From positions 1,152 through 65,151 of the forward strand of contig DAOUJQ010000016.1 in assembly GCA_034422455.1 (NCBI GenBank): 64,000 nucleotides of DNA. Direction: 5' to 3'. The stretch's first letter is position 1; every line of letters begins with the position of its first letter. This DNA comes from Dehalococcoidia bacterium. GTDB taxonomy: Bacteria > Chloroflexota > Dehalococcoidia > Lucifugimonadales > UBA1127. Of this stretch, positions 38,906-48,971 are shown piece after piece. The notes under the pieces are model-generated. The model saw nothing but the letters and a program-made list of their open reading frames with translations. It was not told the DNA's origin and searched no databases. Both the position numbers and the translations under genes were made by a program.

Positions 38906-40054
38906 ATGAAGCACAGCGTTGACCGGATCCTGACAACCCACGTCGGCAGCATGCCGCGGCCGCCGGAGCTCCGCGCGATGCTCGACGCCAAGCAGGCGCA
39001 GGAGCCCTACGACGAGGATGCCCTTGCGGCTCTCGTGAAGCAGTCGGTGGCCGACATCGTCAAGCAGCAGGCGGAGGCCGGCCTGGACATCATCAACGAC
39101 GGCGAGCAGTACAAGACGGGCTGGTCCGGCTACATCCGCGACCGACTCGGCGGCTTCGAGTTCCTCGACGTGCCGCCGGGAGCCGGCAACATGGAGCGGG
39201 GCACCGAGCGCGTCAAGGGCGATTACGACCGCTACTTCGCGGACCAGGCCAGGACACGCGCCCGCCCCGCCATCACCAAGCAGATGGTGTGCACCGGCCC
39301 CATCACCTACACCGGCGACGCGGAGATCCAGGCGGACGTCGAGAACCTCCGCGCGGCGCTAGAGGGCGTGGACGTCGCGGAGGTGTTCATGGCATCGGTG
39401 GGTCCGGACAACGTCGGCTACCAGCCGGAGCAGAACCAGTACTACGCCTCAGAGGAGGAGTACGTGCAGGCCTGCGCGGAGGCGATGCGGGCCGAGTACA
39501 AGGCTATCACCGACGCCGGCTTCGTGTTGCAGGTGGACACGCCGGTGATGAAGTTCAACGCGCTCGGCATGGAGCTGCCAGACTTCCGCATGCGATTCGG
39601 GCGGCTGGTCGAGCTGCTGAACCACACGCTGCAGGACATCCCGGAAGAGCAGATCCGGCTGCACATCTGCTACGGCGGCATGCGCGGCCCGCACTCGGAG
39701 GACATCAATCTCGGGGAGTTCGTCGACCTGCTGCTGCAGATACGCGCGTCGGGCATCTCCTACGACCAGAACCCGCGCCACGAGCACGAGTGGAAGCTCT
39801 GGCGCGACGTGAAGCTGCCGGACGGCAAGGTGCTCATCCCCGGTGTCGTCGCGCACACGAACGACGTCATCGAGCACCCGGAGCTCATCGCGGACCGCAT
39901 CGAGCGGCTGGCCAACCTGGTGGGGCGCGAGAACGTCGTGGCGGGCACGGACTGCGGCCTCGGCGGGCGGGTGCACCCGGACATCGCGTGGGGCAAGTTC
40001 CGCTCGATGGTGGAGGGGGCCAAGCGCGCGAGCGCGGTGTTGTGGGACCGGTAG
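38906..40054 (+). CDS. cobalamin-independent methionine synthase II (MetE-like) family protein
   Basis: ILTTHVGSMPRP... and the overall MetE-like catalytic-domain pattern. Confidence 0.7.
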   Translation: MKHSVDRILTTHVGSMPRPPELRAMLDAKQAQEPYDEDALAALVKQSVADIVKQQAEAGLDIINDGEQYKTGWSGYIRDRLGGFEFLDVPPGAGNMERGTERVKGDYDRYFADQARTRARPAITKQMVCTGPITYTGDAEIQADVENLRAALEGVDVAEVFMASVGPDNVGYQPEQNQYYASEEEYVQACAEAMRAEYKAITDAGFVLQVDTPVMKFNALGMELPDFRMRFGRLVELLNHTLQDIPEEQIRLHICYGGMRGPHSEDINLGEFVDLLLQIRASGISYDQNPRHEHEWKLWRDVKLPDGKVLIPGVVAHTNDVIEHPELIADRIERLANLVGRENVVAGTDCGLGGRVHPDIAWGKFRSMVEGAKRASAVLWDR

Positions 40055-40076
40055 GGCGGGGCTAGCGCGAGGATGG

Positions 40077-41117
40077 CTAGACACCGGGCATGAGGCTCTT
40101 GAGGAGATCAGGTGCGCCGCCTACGTCCGCCAAGTAGGGATGCCGATCCCTTAGCGAAAATAAGTTCAGATAGGCGGACAGGTGCTTCTCTTTCATCCTG
40201 CCAATCTGCCAATTCTGGCCGGGTTCTCTCGTGTAGAGTTGATAGCGCTCTCCGCTTGAAGCGACGAGCATATCGCACTCCGGGAAGTCTTTCGCATACC
40301 TCTCAACTTGGGATTCCGCGTGACCCAGACCCGTGCCCATGCGCTTAGTTTCCATGATGATTCGAGGGGAGGCAGACTTCACATCCTTCTTGAACACATC
40401 TCGAAATAGGGATACGTCGGTATGTCTCCACTCAATCTTTATCCTTTGCTCGGACCACCCAAGTGCCAGCAGGATCGGAATTATGAGGAATGTGCGAATC
40501 TCGTGCTCGCTGAGGTCCTGTCCGTTGGCTAGATACCAGCTAGCCAGGCGCCGGACGTGAAATATCGCCCGGATCACGGCTTCCGCATCAGCGGGCCGCA
40601 GCCCGTTCTCTATCAGACTGCCTACCAAGTCCTCTTCGGAAATGTCGTTGGCGGGTTGAGGAATGCCGCTTGCCACAACTCTCTCTCCCTCCAGTAGGGA
40701 GTCGGCGGCCTTCCTGGGATTGCGCTTGTATACTCTGCTGATAGTGCCCCTTGCGAGTCCGTCTACGTAAATTGGGTCAGGATTCTTGAACCACGTTATC
40801 CTTCTGCCGTGCTGTATGTCCCAGCCCTCCACGTCGTCAAACTGCGGGAGCCATTGGTAGTCGCCGGTGACAAGACCTGCAGCAACGATCCGTCCTGTAC
40901 TTCCGTGTCCTCGCTTGAGAATGACCACGTCGTCGGTCTTTATCCCCTCGGCGAGGGCGACAATCTTACGCTCCCAACCCTTATGTCCCTTGTAGTTCTC
41001 TGGGTACTCAAGAAACGAACCGGGATGTCCGCTTCCCATCAGCACAACGCCATACTGCAAGAAGACGTCCGAGTAGTCCCGTGCGCCCTCGCCGGCCGCA
41101 ATCTGCCAGTAATTCAC
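40077..41117 (-). CDS. PD-(D/E)XK nuclease (HsdR-N/Mrr-like C-terminal domain) with an uncharacterised, possibly PUA/EVE-like, N-terminal domain
   Basis: The C-terminal region HEIRTFLIIPILLALGW...TDVSLF...PRIIMETKRMG fits the HSDR_N-type D...ExK pattern. The gene is visibly lower in GC (about 50% by eye) than both flanks. Confidence 0.55.
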   Translation of the reverse strand: MNYWQIAAGEGARDYSDVFLQYGVVLMGSGHPGSFLEYPENYKGHKGWERKIVALAEGIKTDDVVILKRGHGSTGRIVAAGLVTGDYQWLPQFDDVEGWDIQHGRRITWFKNPDPIYVDGLARGTISRVYKRNPRKAADSLLEGERVVASGIPQPANDISEEDLVGSLIENGLRPADAEAVIRAIFHVRRLASWYLANGQDLSEHEIRTFLIIPILLALGWSEQRIKIEWRHTDVSLFRDVFKKDVKSASPRIIMETKRMGTGLGHAESQVERYAKDFPECDMLVASSGERYQLYTREPGQNWQIGRMKEKHLSAYLNLFSLRDRHPYLADVGGAPDLLKSLMPGV

Positions 41118-41175
41118 TAGCGTCGACCCCCAATGCCGCTGACAGGCTGCCTCGACGTATCGCTCATCTTCTAGC

Positions 41176-43452
41176 CTACCCCTCCCGTAGCGCGCGCCAG
41201 ACGGTCTCCGGCTTGAGGGGGAGCTGTCGAATGCGCACGCCCGTCGCGTTGCGGACGGCGTTTGCGATGGCTGCGGCGGGCGGCACGATGGGCACCTGTC
41301 CCGCCGCGCGGACGCCCAAGGGGTGCTCGGGCGCGGCCTCTTCCAGGATCACCGTCTCAATCGGCGGCACGTCCAGCGACGTGGGCAGGCGGTAGTCGAG
41401 CAGCGTCGCGTTGCGCAGCACACCGTTTCCGTCGAAGTCGTACTCCTCGTGGAGCGCCCAGCCGATGCCCTGGGCGACGCCGCCCTGCACCTGCCCCTCC
41501 ACCTGGTCCGGGTTGATGCTGAGGCCAACGTCCTGGAAGGCCGTGTATCGCAGGACTTCCACCTTGCCGGTCTCAGGGTCAACCTCGACGTCAACGACGT
41601 GTGCGGCGGCGTTGGGAGCGAGCACGCCCAAGTTCATGGATGGGGTGTTCACGCTGCCGTATCCCACCATCGCGCCCTTGGGGGAGAAGGCTTTCTTTGC
41701 CAAGTCGTGCCAGCCTATGGACATCTCGGAGGCGCCCTGCACGTAGAACCGCTTGCCCTCGTGGGCGATGTCGTCCGCGTCCACGTCGAAGTGCGACGCC
41801 GCGATTCCCTTCATCTTGCCGAGCAGGTCCAAGCTGGCCTCCCGCACGGCGCGGCTGGCGACGTAGGTCACCATGTCGCCGGAGCTGGAGTCGGAGTAGC
41901 CGACGATGTCGGTGTCGCCGGTCATCACGCGCACCTCGTCCATGTCGATGCCCAGCAGCTCAGCGGCGACCATCGCAAGGCTGGTGCGCGTAGACGATAG
42001 GTCCACGGTGCCGAGCACGAGGGCCACGGAGCCGTCCGCCGCCAGCGTGATATGCGAGCTCGCAGTCCCTCCCGGCACCGTCCACATGCCCAACGCCAGG
42101 CCGCGGCCGCGGTTCGGCCCCTCCAGCGGCGTCGTCCAGCACGGGTGCGCCGCGACGGCGTCCAGCATCCGGTCAAAGCTCACCGACGTCAGCGGAACGT
42201 TGTCCGGCATCAGGTCGCCCGCCTGCGAGACGTTGATGCGCCGCACCTCCAGCGGGTCCATGCCCAACGCGTCCGCAAGCTCGTCCATCGCCGATTCCAG
42301 CGCGAAGGCCGTCGGCGTGCCGCCGGGGGCGCGGTAGGCATGCACGTGGGGGCGGTTCGTCAGCACGTCGAAGCCCTCGACGTGGAAGTTTGCGCAACGG
42401 TAGTGGGAGAACACCCTACGAATGGAGAGCCGCACCGGGGCCCCCGGGAACGCTCCGGCGTCGTACGCAAAGCTGCCTTCAATTGCGGTAATTGTCCCAT
42501 CGGCCCGCGCGCCAATCTTGACGCGGCAGTTGATGGCGTTGCCCGGCCCCGCAGTGCGCAGGACTTCCTCGCGGCTGAGGGCGACGCGCACCGGCATCCC
42601 GCACTTCCGCGACAGCGCGACGGCGAGGGCGCTGCACCGCACGTTGGTCTTGCCGCCGAAGCCGCCGCCGACCTCCGTCGGGATGACCTTGATGCGGCTC
42701 GGCAGCACGCCAGCGATCATGGCGATGTCGCGCCGCTGGCCGAAGATGCCCTGCGTGTTGGCCCACACGGTCACGTTTCCGTTGGCGTCGACGTAGGCCG
42801 AGTCCACGTTGGGCTCGATGTAGCCCTGATGCACTATCTGCGTCGTGTACTCCCGCTCCACCACGACGTCCGCCTCGGCGAAGCCCGCCGCGACGTCGCC
42901 GCGGTCGAACACCACCTGCTCCGCGACGTTGCTCGGCGTCGTGTCGGAGCCGTCCGGCCGCTTGGTGAACAGGTCGTGGTGCAGGACGAGGGCGCCGGGC
43001 TGCATCGCCTGGACGGCGTCCAGCATCGGGGGCAGGGGCTCGTATTCAACATCGATCAACTCCAGCGCCCGCTCCGCCGCCTCCGCCGTCCGGGCGGCAA
43101 CGGCCGCGACGGTGTGGCCGTGGTAGAGGACCTTGTCGCGGGCGATGACCTCCTGCGAGACAAAGTAGCTGCGCTCATTGGCCGTGCCCCACGGCGTCTC
43201 GGTGCCCGGCGGCGCGAGGGGGAAGTCGGCGCCCGTGACGACGGCCATGACACCGGGCACGGCCTCCGCCGCGGACGTGTCGATGCGGAGAATGCGGGCG
43301 TGCGCGTGAGGGCTGGGGAGGATGCGGCCCACCAGCAGTCCCGGCAGCTGCACGTCTGCGCCGTACTGTGAGCGGCCCGTCACCTTGTCGACTCCGTCGA
43401 CCTTGGGCGTCCTTGTCCCGATGACCCTGTGGGTGGGCGCTGCTGTGGTCAA
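41176..43452 (-). CDS. xanthine dehydrogenase/aldehyde oxidase-family molybdopterin-binding subunit
   Basis: 758 aa. The N-terminus ..GTRTPKVDGVDKVTGRSQYGADV.. is typical of CoxL/XdhB-type large subunits. Confidence 0.85.
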   Translation of the reverse strand: MTTAAPTHRVIGTRTPKVDGVDKVTGRSQYGADVQLPGLLVGRILPSPHAHARILRIDTSAAEAVPGVMAVVTGADFPLAPPGTETPWGTANERSYFVSQEVIARDKVLYHGHTVAAVAARTAEAAERALELIDVEYEPLPPMLDAVQAMQPGALVLHHDLFTKRPDGSDTTPSNVAEQVVFDRGDVAAGFAEADVVVEREYTTQIVHQGYIEPNVDSAYVDANGNVTVWANTQGIFGQRRDIAMIAGVLPSRIKVIPTEVGGGFGGKTNVRCSALAVALSRKCGMPVRVALSREEVLRTAGPGNAINCRVKIGARADGTITAIEGSFAYDAGAFPGAPVRLSIRRVFSHYRCANFHVEGFDVLTNRPHVHAYRAPGGTPTAFALESAMDELADALGMDPLEVRRINVSQAGDLMPDNVPLTSVSFDRMLDAVAAHPCWTTPLEGPNRGRGLALGMWTVPGGTASSHITLAADGSVALVLGTVDLSSTRTSLAMVAAELLGIDMDEVRVMTGDTDIVGYSDSSSGDMVTYVASRAVREASLDLLGKMKGIAASHFDVDADDIAHEGKRFYVQGASEMSIGWHDLAKKAFSPKGAMVGYGSVNTPSMNLGVLAPNAAAHVVDVEVDPETGKVEVLRYTAFQDVGLSINPDQVEGQVQGGVAQGIGWALHEEYDFDGNGVLRNATLLDYRLPTSLDVPPIETVILEEAAPEHPLGVRAAGQVPIVPPAAAIANAVRNATGVRIRQLPLKPETVWRALREG

Positions 43453-43540
43453 AGCCGGCTCCTCTTGGTTCCGAAATGAGGAAAGGGAATGCTCTTAGCT
43501 ACAGTATCGAATTGCCGCAGGAGAGCGTCAAGGAAGGACG

Positions 43541-43582
43541 GAGGAAAGAAAGATGGGCCCCGGGGAGGCCGTCCCGGGGCCC
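43541..43582 (-). terminator. intrinsic terminator after pstA
   Basis: 10-bp GC stem GGGCCCCGGG/CCCGGGGCCC with an 8-nt loop. On the minus strand it is followed by a T-rich run (TCTTTCTTTCCTC). Confidence 0.55.
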
Positions 43583-43648
43583 GCAGGAGGGGAGTGCCTG
43601 CAAGGATTGTCGTTTGCGCGAAGTCGAGGACTCGTAGCGTGCGCCAGC

Positions 43649-44533
43649 CTACTCCTCTGACCGCTTCTGGAACCGGTTGCGGATGTAGACGGCCGCCGCG
43701 TTCATGGACAGCAGCATCACCAGCAGCACGATGATGCCCGCCGCCGCCAGCGACTGGAACTCGGGCTGAGGCCGGTTTACCCAGTTGTATATCTGCACCG
43801 GCAGCACGGTGAACCGGTCCAGCGGGGTCGCCGGGACGAAGGTGATGAAGACGACCGCCGCGATGACCACGATGGGCGCCGCCTCGCCGATGGCGCGCGA
43901 CAGGGCCAGAATCGTGCCGGTCGCGATGCCCGGCACCGCTGCGGGCAACACGATGCTCCGTGTCACCTCCCACTGGGTCGCCCCAAGCCCGTACGCCGCC
44001 TCCCGGTGCGACCACGGCACCGCGCGTATCGCCTCCCGCGACGCCAGGATGACGATGGGGAGCACGAGCAGAGAGAGGGTCAGGCCCGCGGCCAGGATGC
44101 TGCGGCCCAGCGCCATATACTGCACGAAGACCGCCAACCCGAGCAGGCCATACACGATCGACGGCACGCCCGCCAAGTTGGAAATGTTGATCTCGATGAA
44201 GTTCGTCAGCTTGTTCTTCGGGGCGTACTCCTCCAAGTACACCGCGGCGCCCACGCCGACCGGGACCGTGAACAGACCCGTCCAGAACATGATCCATGCC
44301 GTGCCGACCGCCGCCGAGAGGACTCCCGACTGCTCGGGGAATCGCGACGTCGACTTGGTCGTCAGGAAGTTCAGGGTCAGCGAGGGGAGTCCATCGATAA
44401 GGACCTGTATCAGCAACGTGGCCAGCCCCACAACCCCCACCAGGAGGCAGAGGATGAAGAGCCCGAGGTACAGGTTGCCAATGAGCTTCCGGGCCCCAAG
44501 TTTCGGGTTGAACTGCGTGTTATACACCGCCAT
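43649..44533 (-). CDS. pstA: phosphate ABC transporter permease PstA
   Basis: Permease with the EAA-type loop [15 protein letters not shown]. Confidence 0.9.
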   Translation of the reverse strand: MAVYNTQFNPKLGARKLIGNLYLGLFILCLLVGVVGLATLLIQVLIDGLPSLTLNFLTTKSTSRFPEQSGVLSAAVGTAWIMFWTGLFTVPVGVGAAVYLEEYAPKNKLTNFIEINISNLAGVPSIVYGLLGLAVFVQYMALGRSILAAGLTLSLLVLPIVILASREAIRAVPWSHREAAYGLGATQWEVTRSIVLPAAVPGIATGTILALSRAIGEAAPIVVIAAVVFITFVPATPLDRFTVLPVQIYNWVNRPQPEFQSLAAAGIIVLLVMLLSMNAAAVYIRNRFQKRSEE

Positions 44534-45501
44534 TAGTACCGCTCCTGCCAGCGGCGCACGACGAAGTGTCCCGCAAGATTCATCGCCAAGGTCATGAAGA
44601 AGAGCAGCAAGCCCACGGCGAAGAGGGTGTTGTACTCGACCGACCCGTGGGCCGCCTCACCCTGGCTCACCTGCACGAGGTAGCCCGTCATCGTCTGGAT
44701 CTGTTCCAAGGGATTGAAGGTCAATTGAGGCCGTGCGCCCGCCGCGATGGTGACCAGCATCGTCTCGCCGATGGCGCGGGAGGTGGCGAGGATGAAGGCC
44801 GCGACGATGCCCGAGAGGGCCGCCGGCACTACGACCTTCAGCGCGACCTCAATGCGGGTGGCGCCCAGCGCGTAGGCCGCCTCGCGAAGGGAGCGCGGCA
44901 CGGCAACCATCGCGTCTTCGCTCAGGGACGAGACGATTGGGATGATCATCAGTCCCATCACCAGTCCGGCGCTGAGCGCATTCCAGATGGGCAGCCCACC
45001 AATGAAATTCTGGAGAAGCGGGGTCACAAAGGTGAGGGCAAAGTAGCCATACACGACCGTGGGGATGCCGGCCAGAATCTCCAGAAACGGCTTGAGGACT
45101 CGGCGGGCTTTATCGGGGGCGTACTCGGCCAGGTAGATGGCCGTGCCCAGCCCGACGGGCACAGCGACCAGGGCGCCAATCACCGCAACAAGCACAGTGC
45201 CGGAGACCAGAGGCAGCACGCCAAATGCCTGCGGCTTGAGGATGGGCCGCCACGCGGTGCCGGTGAGGAACTCTATGACGCCAATTTCCTGGAAGAAGGC
45301 CCACGCCTGGCTAGCAAGGGTAAAGAGGATGCCGAGCGTCGTCGCGATTGAAAGCACAGCGCAGGTGAAGAAGAGGTACTTCATCACCTGGCCTTCTACC
45401 GCCCTACGCCGCGCCCTGTAGGAGTATGCTTTTCCCGCTTCACGCAAGGCCATTGCGCTGCTGTTGCCCTCAACGAAATCCACGTGGGTTACCCCCTGCA
45501 A
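44533..45501 (-). CDS. pstC: phosphate ABC transporter permease PstC
   Basis: EAA-type loop [15 protein letters not shown]. The start is uncertain; internal ATG codons are possible. Confidence 0.85.
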   Translation of the reverse strand: MQGVTHVDFVEGNSSAMALREAGKAYSYRARRRAVEGQVMKYLFFTCAVLSIATTLGILFTLASQAWAFFQEIGVIEFLTGTAWRPILKPQAFGVLPLVSGTVLVAVIGALVAVPVGLGTAIYLAEYAPDKARRVLKPFLEILAGIPTVVYGYFALTFVTPLLQNFIGGLPIWNALSAGLVMGLMIIPIVSSLSEDAMVAVPRSLREAAYALGATRIEVALKVVVPAALSGIVAAFILATSRAIGETMLVTIAAGARPQLTFNPLEQIQTMTGYLVQVSQGEAAHGSVEYNTLFAVGLLLFFMTLAMNLAGHFVVRRWQERY

Positions 45502-45549
45502 CGCAAGGGGCGGCCCCTCGGTCAGAGGGGGCCGCCCCCGCAGTCTACA

Positions 45550-47439
45550 CTAGTTTACCTTCGCGCGGCTCTCGTCATACTCCGCGTCGGTCAGTGCCAC
45601 GTAGCCAACCTCAGAGGCCAACTGCGCGGCGTTGTCGAGGTAGAAGTCCACGAAGGCGCGGACCTCCGGGCGCTGCAGGTGCTCCGTGTTCACGTAGATG
45701 AACAGCGGCCGGGACAGGGGAGTGTAAGAGCCGTTCTTGATGTTCTCCGGCGTCGGGGCCACGCAGCCGTTGCCGTCGTCGATGGCGACCGCGTTCAGCC
45801 TGTCCTGGTTCTCCAGGTAGTAGGCGAAGCCGAAGTAGCCGAGGGCGTTGGTGTCGCCGGCGATGCCCTGCACCAGGATGTTGTCGTTGGCGTTGGGGCT
45901 GTAATCAGACCGGCTCGCCTGCGCCTCGCCCACGATCTCCTCGGTGAAGTAGTCGAAGGTGCCGGAGTCCGTGTCCGGGCCGTACAGGCTGAGGGACTGG
46001 TCGGGGAAGCTGGAGCGGACCTGGTTCCAGTTGTTCACTTCGGAGCCCGGCTCCCACATGGCCTTCAGCTCGTCCACCGTGAGACAGGTGGCGAACTTGT
46101 TGTCCGGGTTGACCACGACGGTCAGGCCGTCCACCGCAACCAGCAGCTCGATGAACTCAACGCCGTTGGCTGCCGCCTGCTCACGCTCTGCATCCTTGAT
46201 GGGGCGGGAGGCGTTGGAGATGGCCGTCTCGCCGACCGTGAACCGCTTGAAGCCGCCACCCGTGCCGGAAACCGCCACGTTCGGGTTCACGCCATTGTGG
46301 AGCTTCTTGAACTCCTCGGCCACGGCCTGCGTGATCGGCTCGACCGTGCTGGAGCCGTCGATCTCGATGGCGCCCTTGAGCTCCATCTTCTCTTCCATCA
46401 TCGTCGCGCCGCCGGACTCGACCAGCTTGCGGGCCGCGTCATACTCGGCGTCCGTCAGGGAGACGTAGCCGACCTCAGCAGCCAACTGCCCGGCGTTGTC
46501 GAGGTAGTAGTCGACAAAGGCGCGCACTTCCGGCTTCTCAAGCTCGGCCGTGTTCACGTAGATGAACAGTGGACGGGAGAGCGGCGTGTACTCGCCGGCC
46601 TTGATGGTTTCAGGCGTGGGAGCGACACAGCCGTTGCCGTCGTCGATCGCCACCGCGTTGAGCTGGCCTTGATTCTCCAGGTAGTAGGCGAAGCCGAAGT
46701 AGCCGAGCGAATTGGTGTCGCCGGCGATGCCCTGCACCAGGATGTTGTCGTTGGCGTTGGGGCTGTAGTCGGCGCGGCTGGCCTGGGACTCGCCCACGAT
46801 CTCCTCGGTGAAGTAGTCGAAGGTGCCGGAGTCGGTGTCGGGGCCGTACAGGCTCAGAGGCTGGTCCGGGAAGTCGGAGCGGACCTGGTTCCAGTTGTTG
46901 ACGGTGGAACCCGGCTCCCACATGGCCTTCAGCTCGTCTACCGTCAGGCAGGTGGCGAACTTGTTGTTCGGGTTGACGACGACCGTGAGGCCGTCCACCG
47001 CAACCAGGAGCTCGATGTACTCGACACCGTTGGCCGCCGCGTCCGCAGCCTCGGCGTCCTTGATCGGCCGGGACGCGTTGGAGATGGCCGTCTCGCCGAC
47101 CGTGAAGCGCTTGAAGCCGCCGCCCGTGCCGGAAACCGCCACGTTGGGGTTCACGCCATTGTGGAGCTTCTTGAACTCCTCCGCCACGGCCTGCGTGATC
47201 GGCTCGACCGTGCTGGAGCCGTCGATCTCGATGGCGCCGCGGAGTTGTGCCGCCGCTGCTGAAGACGAGGACGAGGACGAGGAAGTTGTTGCGCTGGAAG
47301 TGGTGGTATCGTCATCGCCGCCGCCGCAGGCCACGAGGCCGAGGGACAGGACTAAGACCGACAAGAGTGCCATGAGACCCAACGTCCTTGCTCTGGACAT
47401 CACACGCATAGAAGCCCCTCCATTCGCTTGTGTTTTCAC
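45550..47439 (-). CDS. pstS: phosphate-binding lipoprotein PstS with two complete tandem PstS domains
   Basis: Lipobox LVACGG and a Ser/Thr-rich linker, followed by two 276-aa PstS-family units (aa 66-341 and 354-629). The units are roughly 90% identical by eye. Confidence 0.85.
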   Translation of the reverse strand: MKTQANGGASMRVMSRARTLGLMALLSVLVLSLGLVACGGGDDDTTTSSATTSSSSSSSSAAAAQLRGAIEIDGSSTVEPITQAVAEEFKKLHNGVNPNVAVSGTGGGFKRFTVGETAISNASRPIKDAEAADAAANGVEYIELLVAVDGLTVVVNPNNKFATCLTVDELKAMWEPGSTVNNWNQVRSDFPDQPLSLYGPDTDSGTFDYFTEEIVGESQASRADYSPNANDNILVQGIAGDTNSLGYFGFAYYLENQGQLNAVAIDDGNGCVAPTPETIKAGEYTPLSRPLFIYVNTAELEKPEVRAFVDYYLDNAGQLAAEVGYVSLTDAEYDAARKLVESGGATMMEEKMELKGAIEIDGSSTVEPITQAVAEEFKKLHNGVNPNVAVSGTGGGFKRFTVGETAISNASRPIKDAEREQAAANGVEFIELLVAVDGLTVVVNPDNKFATCLTVDELKAMWEPGSEVNNWNQVRSSFPDQSLSLYGPDTDSGTFDYFTEEIVGEAQASRSDYSPNANDNILVQGIAGDTNALGYFGFAYYLENQDRLNAVAIDDGNGCVAPTPENIKNGSYTPLSRPLFIYVNTEHLQRPEVRAFVDFYLDNAAQLASEVGYVALTDAEYDESRAKVN

Positions 47440-47477
47440 CTCACCAGCCTAAGGGGCCGCGATTAAATCCAAATAAA

Positions 47478-47499
47478 GGCCAAGTTAAGGCCCGGTTAA
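47478..47499 (-). promoter_or_regulatory. candidate Pho box upstream of pstS (TTAACC-N5-TTAACT direct repeat, 11-bp period)
   Basis: The minus strand reads TTAACCGGGCCTTAACTTGGCC, about 40-60 nt upstream of the pstS start. Confidence 0.35.
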
Positions 47500-47570
47500 T
47501 GTTGCCAATCGCCAGGCAAAGCAAGAGACCCGCCGTTCCGACGGGCCCCGTGACGCCTGTGAATTGACCG

Positions 47571-48971
47571 CTATGCCAGCGGCAGCGTGAAGGTGAAGGT
47601 ACTTCCTTGTCCGGGGCGGCTCTCCGCCGTCACCTCACCTCCGTAGAGCTGGATGATGTGCTTGACGATGGCAAGGCCCAGCCCGCTGCCGCCGTCGCGG
47701 CGTGCGCGGTCGACCTTGTAGAACCGCTCGAAGATGTGCGGTATGTGCTCGGAGGGAATGCCCACGCCGGTGTCCCGCACGCTCACGATGACGGCGTCCT
47801 CCCCTCCCCGAGCCGCGACCCAGATGCTCCCGCCCGCGTCCGTCCACTTGAGCGCGTTCTCCAGCAGGTTGGTGAGCACCTGCCCCACACGCTCCCCGTC
47901 CGCGGCGACCTCGGGCAAGCCATCCGGCACCATGCCCTCCAAGACGACGCCCTTGTCCGCCGCTCGATCGCTGAAGCGCGCCAGAGCTTCCTGCATGACC
48001 GGAGCAAGGCGAAGGGGCCCCGTTGCTTCCGGTTCGCGCCCGCTCTCAATCCTCGCAAGCTCCAGCAGGTCGTCCACCAGCACGGTCATGCGGTCGACCT
48101 CGCGGCCTATGCGACCAAGGAAGTCGCGTGCTTTGTCGTCGTCCAACGAGCCGTCTTCCAATGTCTCGGTCATCAGACGGATGGAGGCCAGCGGACTGCG
48201 CATCTCATGGGACACGTTGCTGACGAACTCCCGCCGCGTCGACTCCACCTGGCGCAGCATCGACAGGTCGTGGATGGTCAGGAGCACCTCCGGCGGCGTA
48301 CTGCCCGGGAGCGGGGTGGCGATGATGGAGACGGGGATAAGGTGACCCGCCTGGTTGAGCTCAACCTCGGATGACTGCCGCACGCCGGTGCTCCGGCACC
48401 GCGAGAGCATGCCGCGGAGGTCCGGGTCCCGCATCAGTTCCCCTATATCGCGGAGTCCGGCGTCCTCCTCGCGCAGGCTCAGCAGGTTGCTGGCCGCGCG
48501 GTTGATGATCTCGATGCGTCCGCTCGGGGCGACGACCACAACGCCGTCGACCATCGTGTCCAGCACGGCGGAGAGCTTGTCCCGTTCGCCGGCAAGGTCG
48601 TGGATCATAACCCGCAGCGACGTCGCCATGCGGTTGACCTCGATGGCGAGGTCACGGGTCACGCCGGCGGATGAAACCGTCGCACGATGCTCCAGCTCGC
48701 CTTCCGATACCCGCCGGGCGGAACGGGCAACCGACCTGACCGACCGGTCGGTCATCCGCGTCAGCGTGAAGGCCATCAGCAGCAGGAGAGTCACCACGGC
48801 CGCAGCCGCGCCAAAGACAATGACCAACAGGGCTGATGCGAGGTCCTGGGAGTCCCTGGGCGTGGCGTTTACTTCATTGATGAGGAGGACTCCGAAACCG
48901 GCCATCACGAGGATGGCGAGCACAGCGAATGCGAGGACAATACGCCGGCGTGCCCCGCGCGGGAGTCTCAT
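47571..48971 (-). CDS. phoR: sensor histidine kinase, PhoR-like (TM-HAMP-PAS-HisKA-HATPase)
   Basis: H-box VSHEMRSPL plus the DTGVGIP and GGSGLGLAIV boxes. It overlaps the response regulator gene by 4 nt and sits next to the pst genes. Confidence 0.8.
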   Translation of the reverse strand: MRLPRGARRRIVLAFAVLAILVMAGFGVLLINEVNATPRDSQDLASALLVIVFGAAAAVVTLLLLMAFTLTRMTDRSVRSVARSARRVSEGELEHRATVSSAGVTRDLAIEVNRMATSLRVMIHDLAGERDKLSAVLDTMVDGVVVVAPSGRIEIINRAASNLLSLREEDAGLRDIGELMRDPDLRGMLSRCRSTGVRQSSEVELNQAGHLIPVSIIATPLPGSTPPEVLLTIHDLSMLRQVESTRREFVSNVSHEMRSPLASIRLMTETLEDGSLDDDKARDFLGRIGREVDRMTVLVDDLLELARIESGREPEATGPLRLAPVMQEALARFSDRAADKGVVLEGMVPDGLPEVAADGERVGQVLTNLLENALKWTDAGGSIWVAARGGEDAVIVSVRDTGVGIPSEHIPHIFERFYKVDRARRDGGSGLGLAIVKHIIQLYGGEVTAESRPGQGSTFTFTLPLA

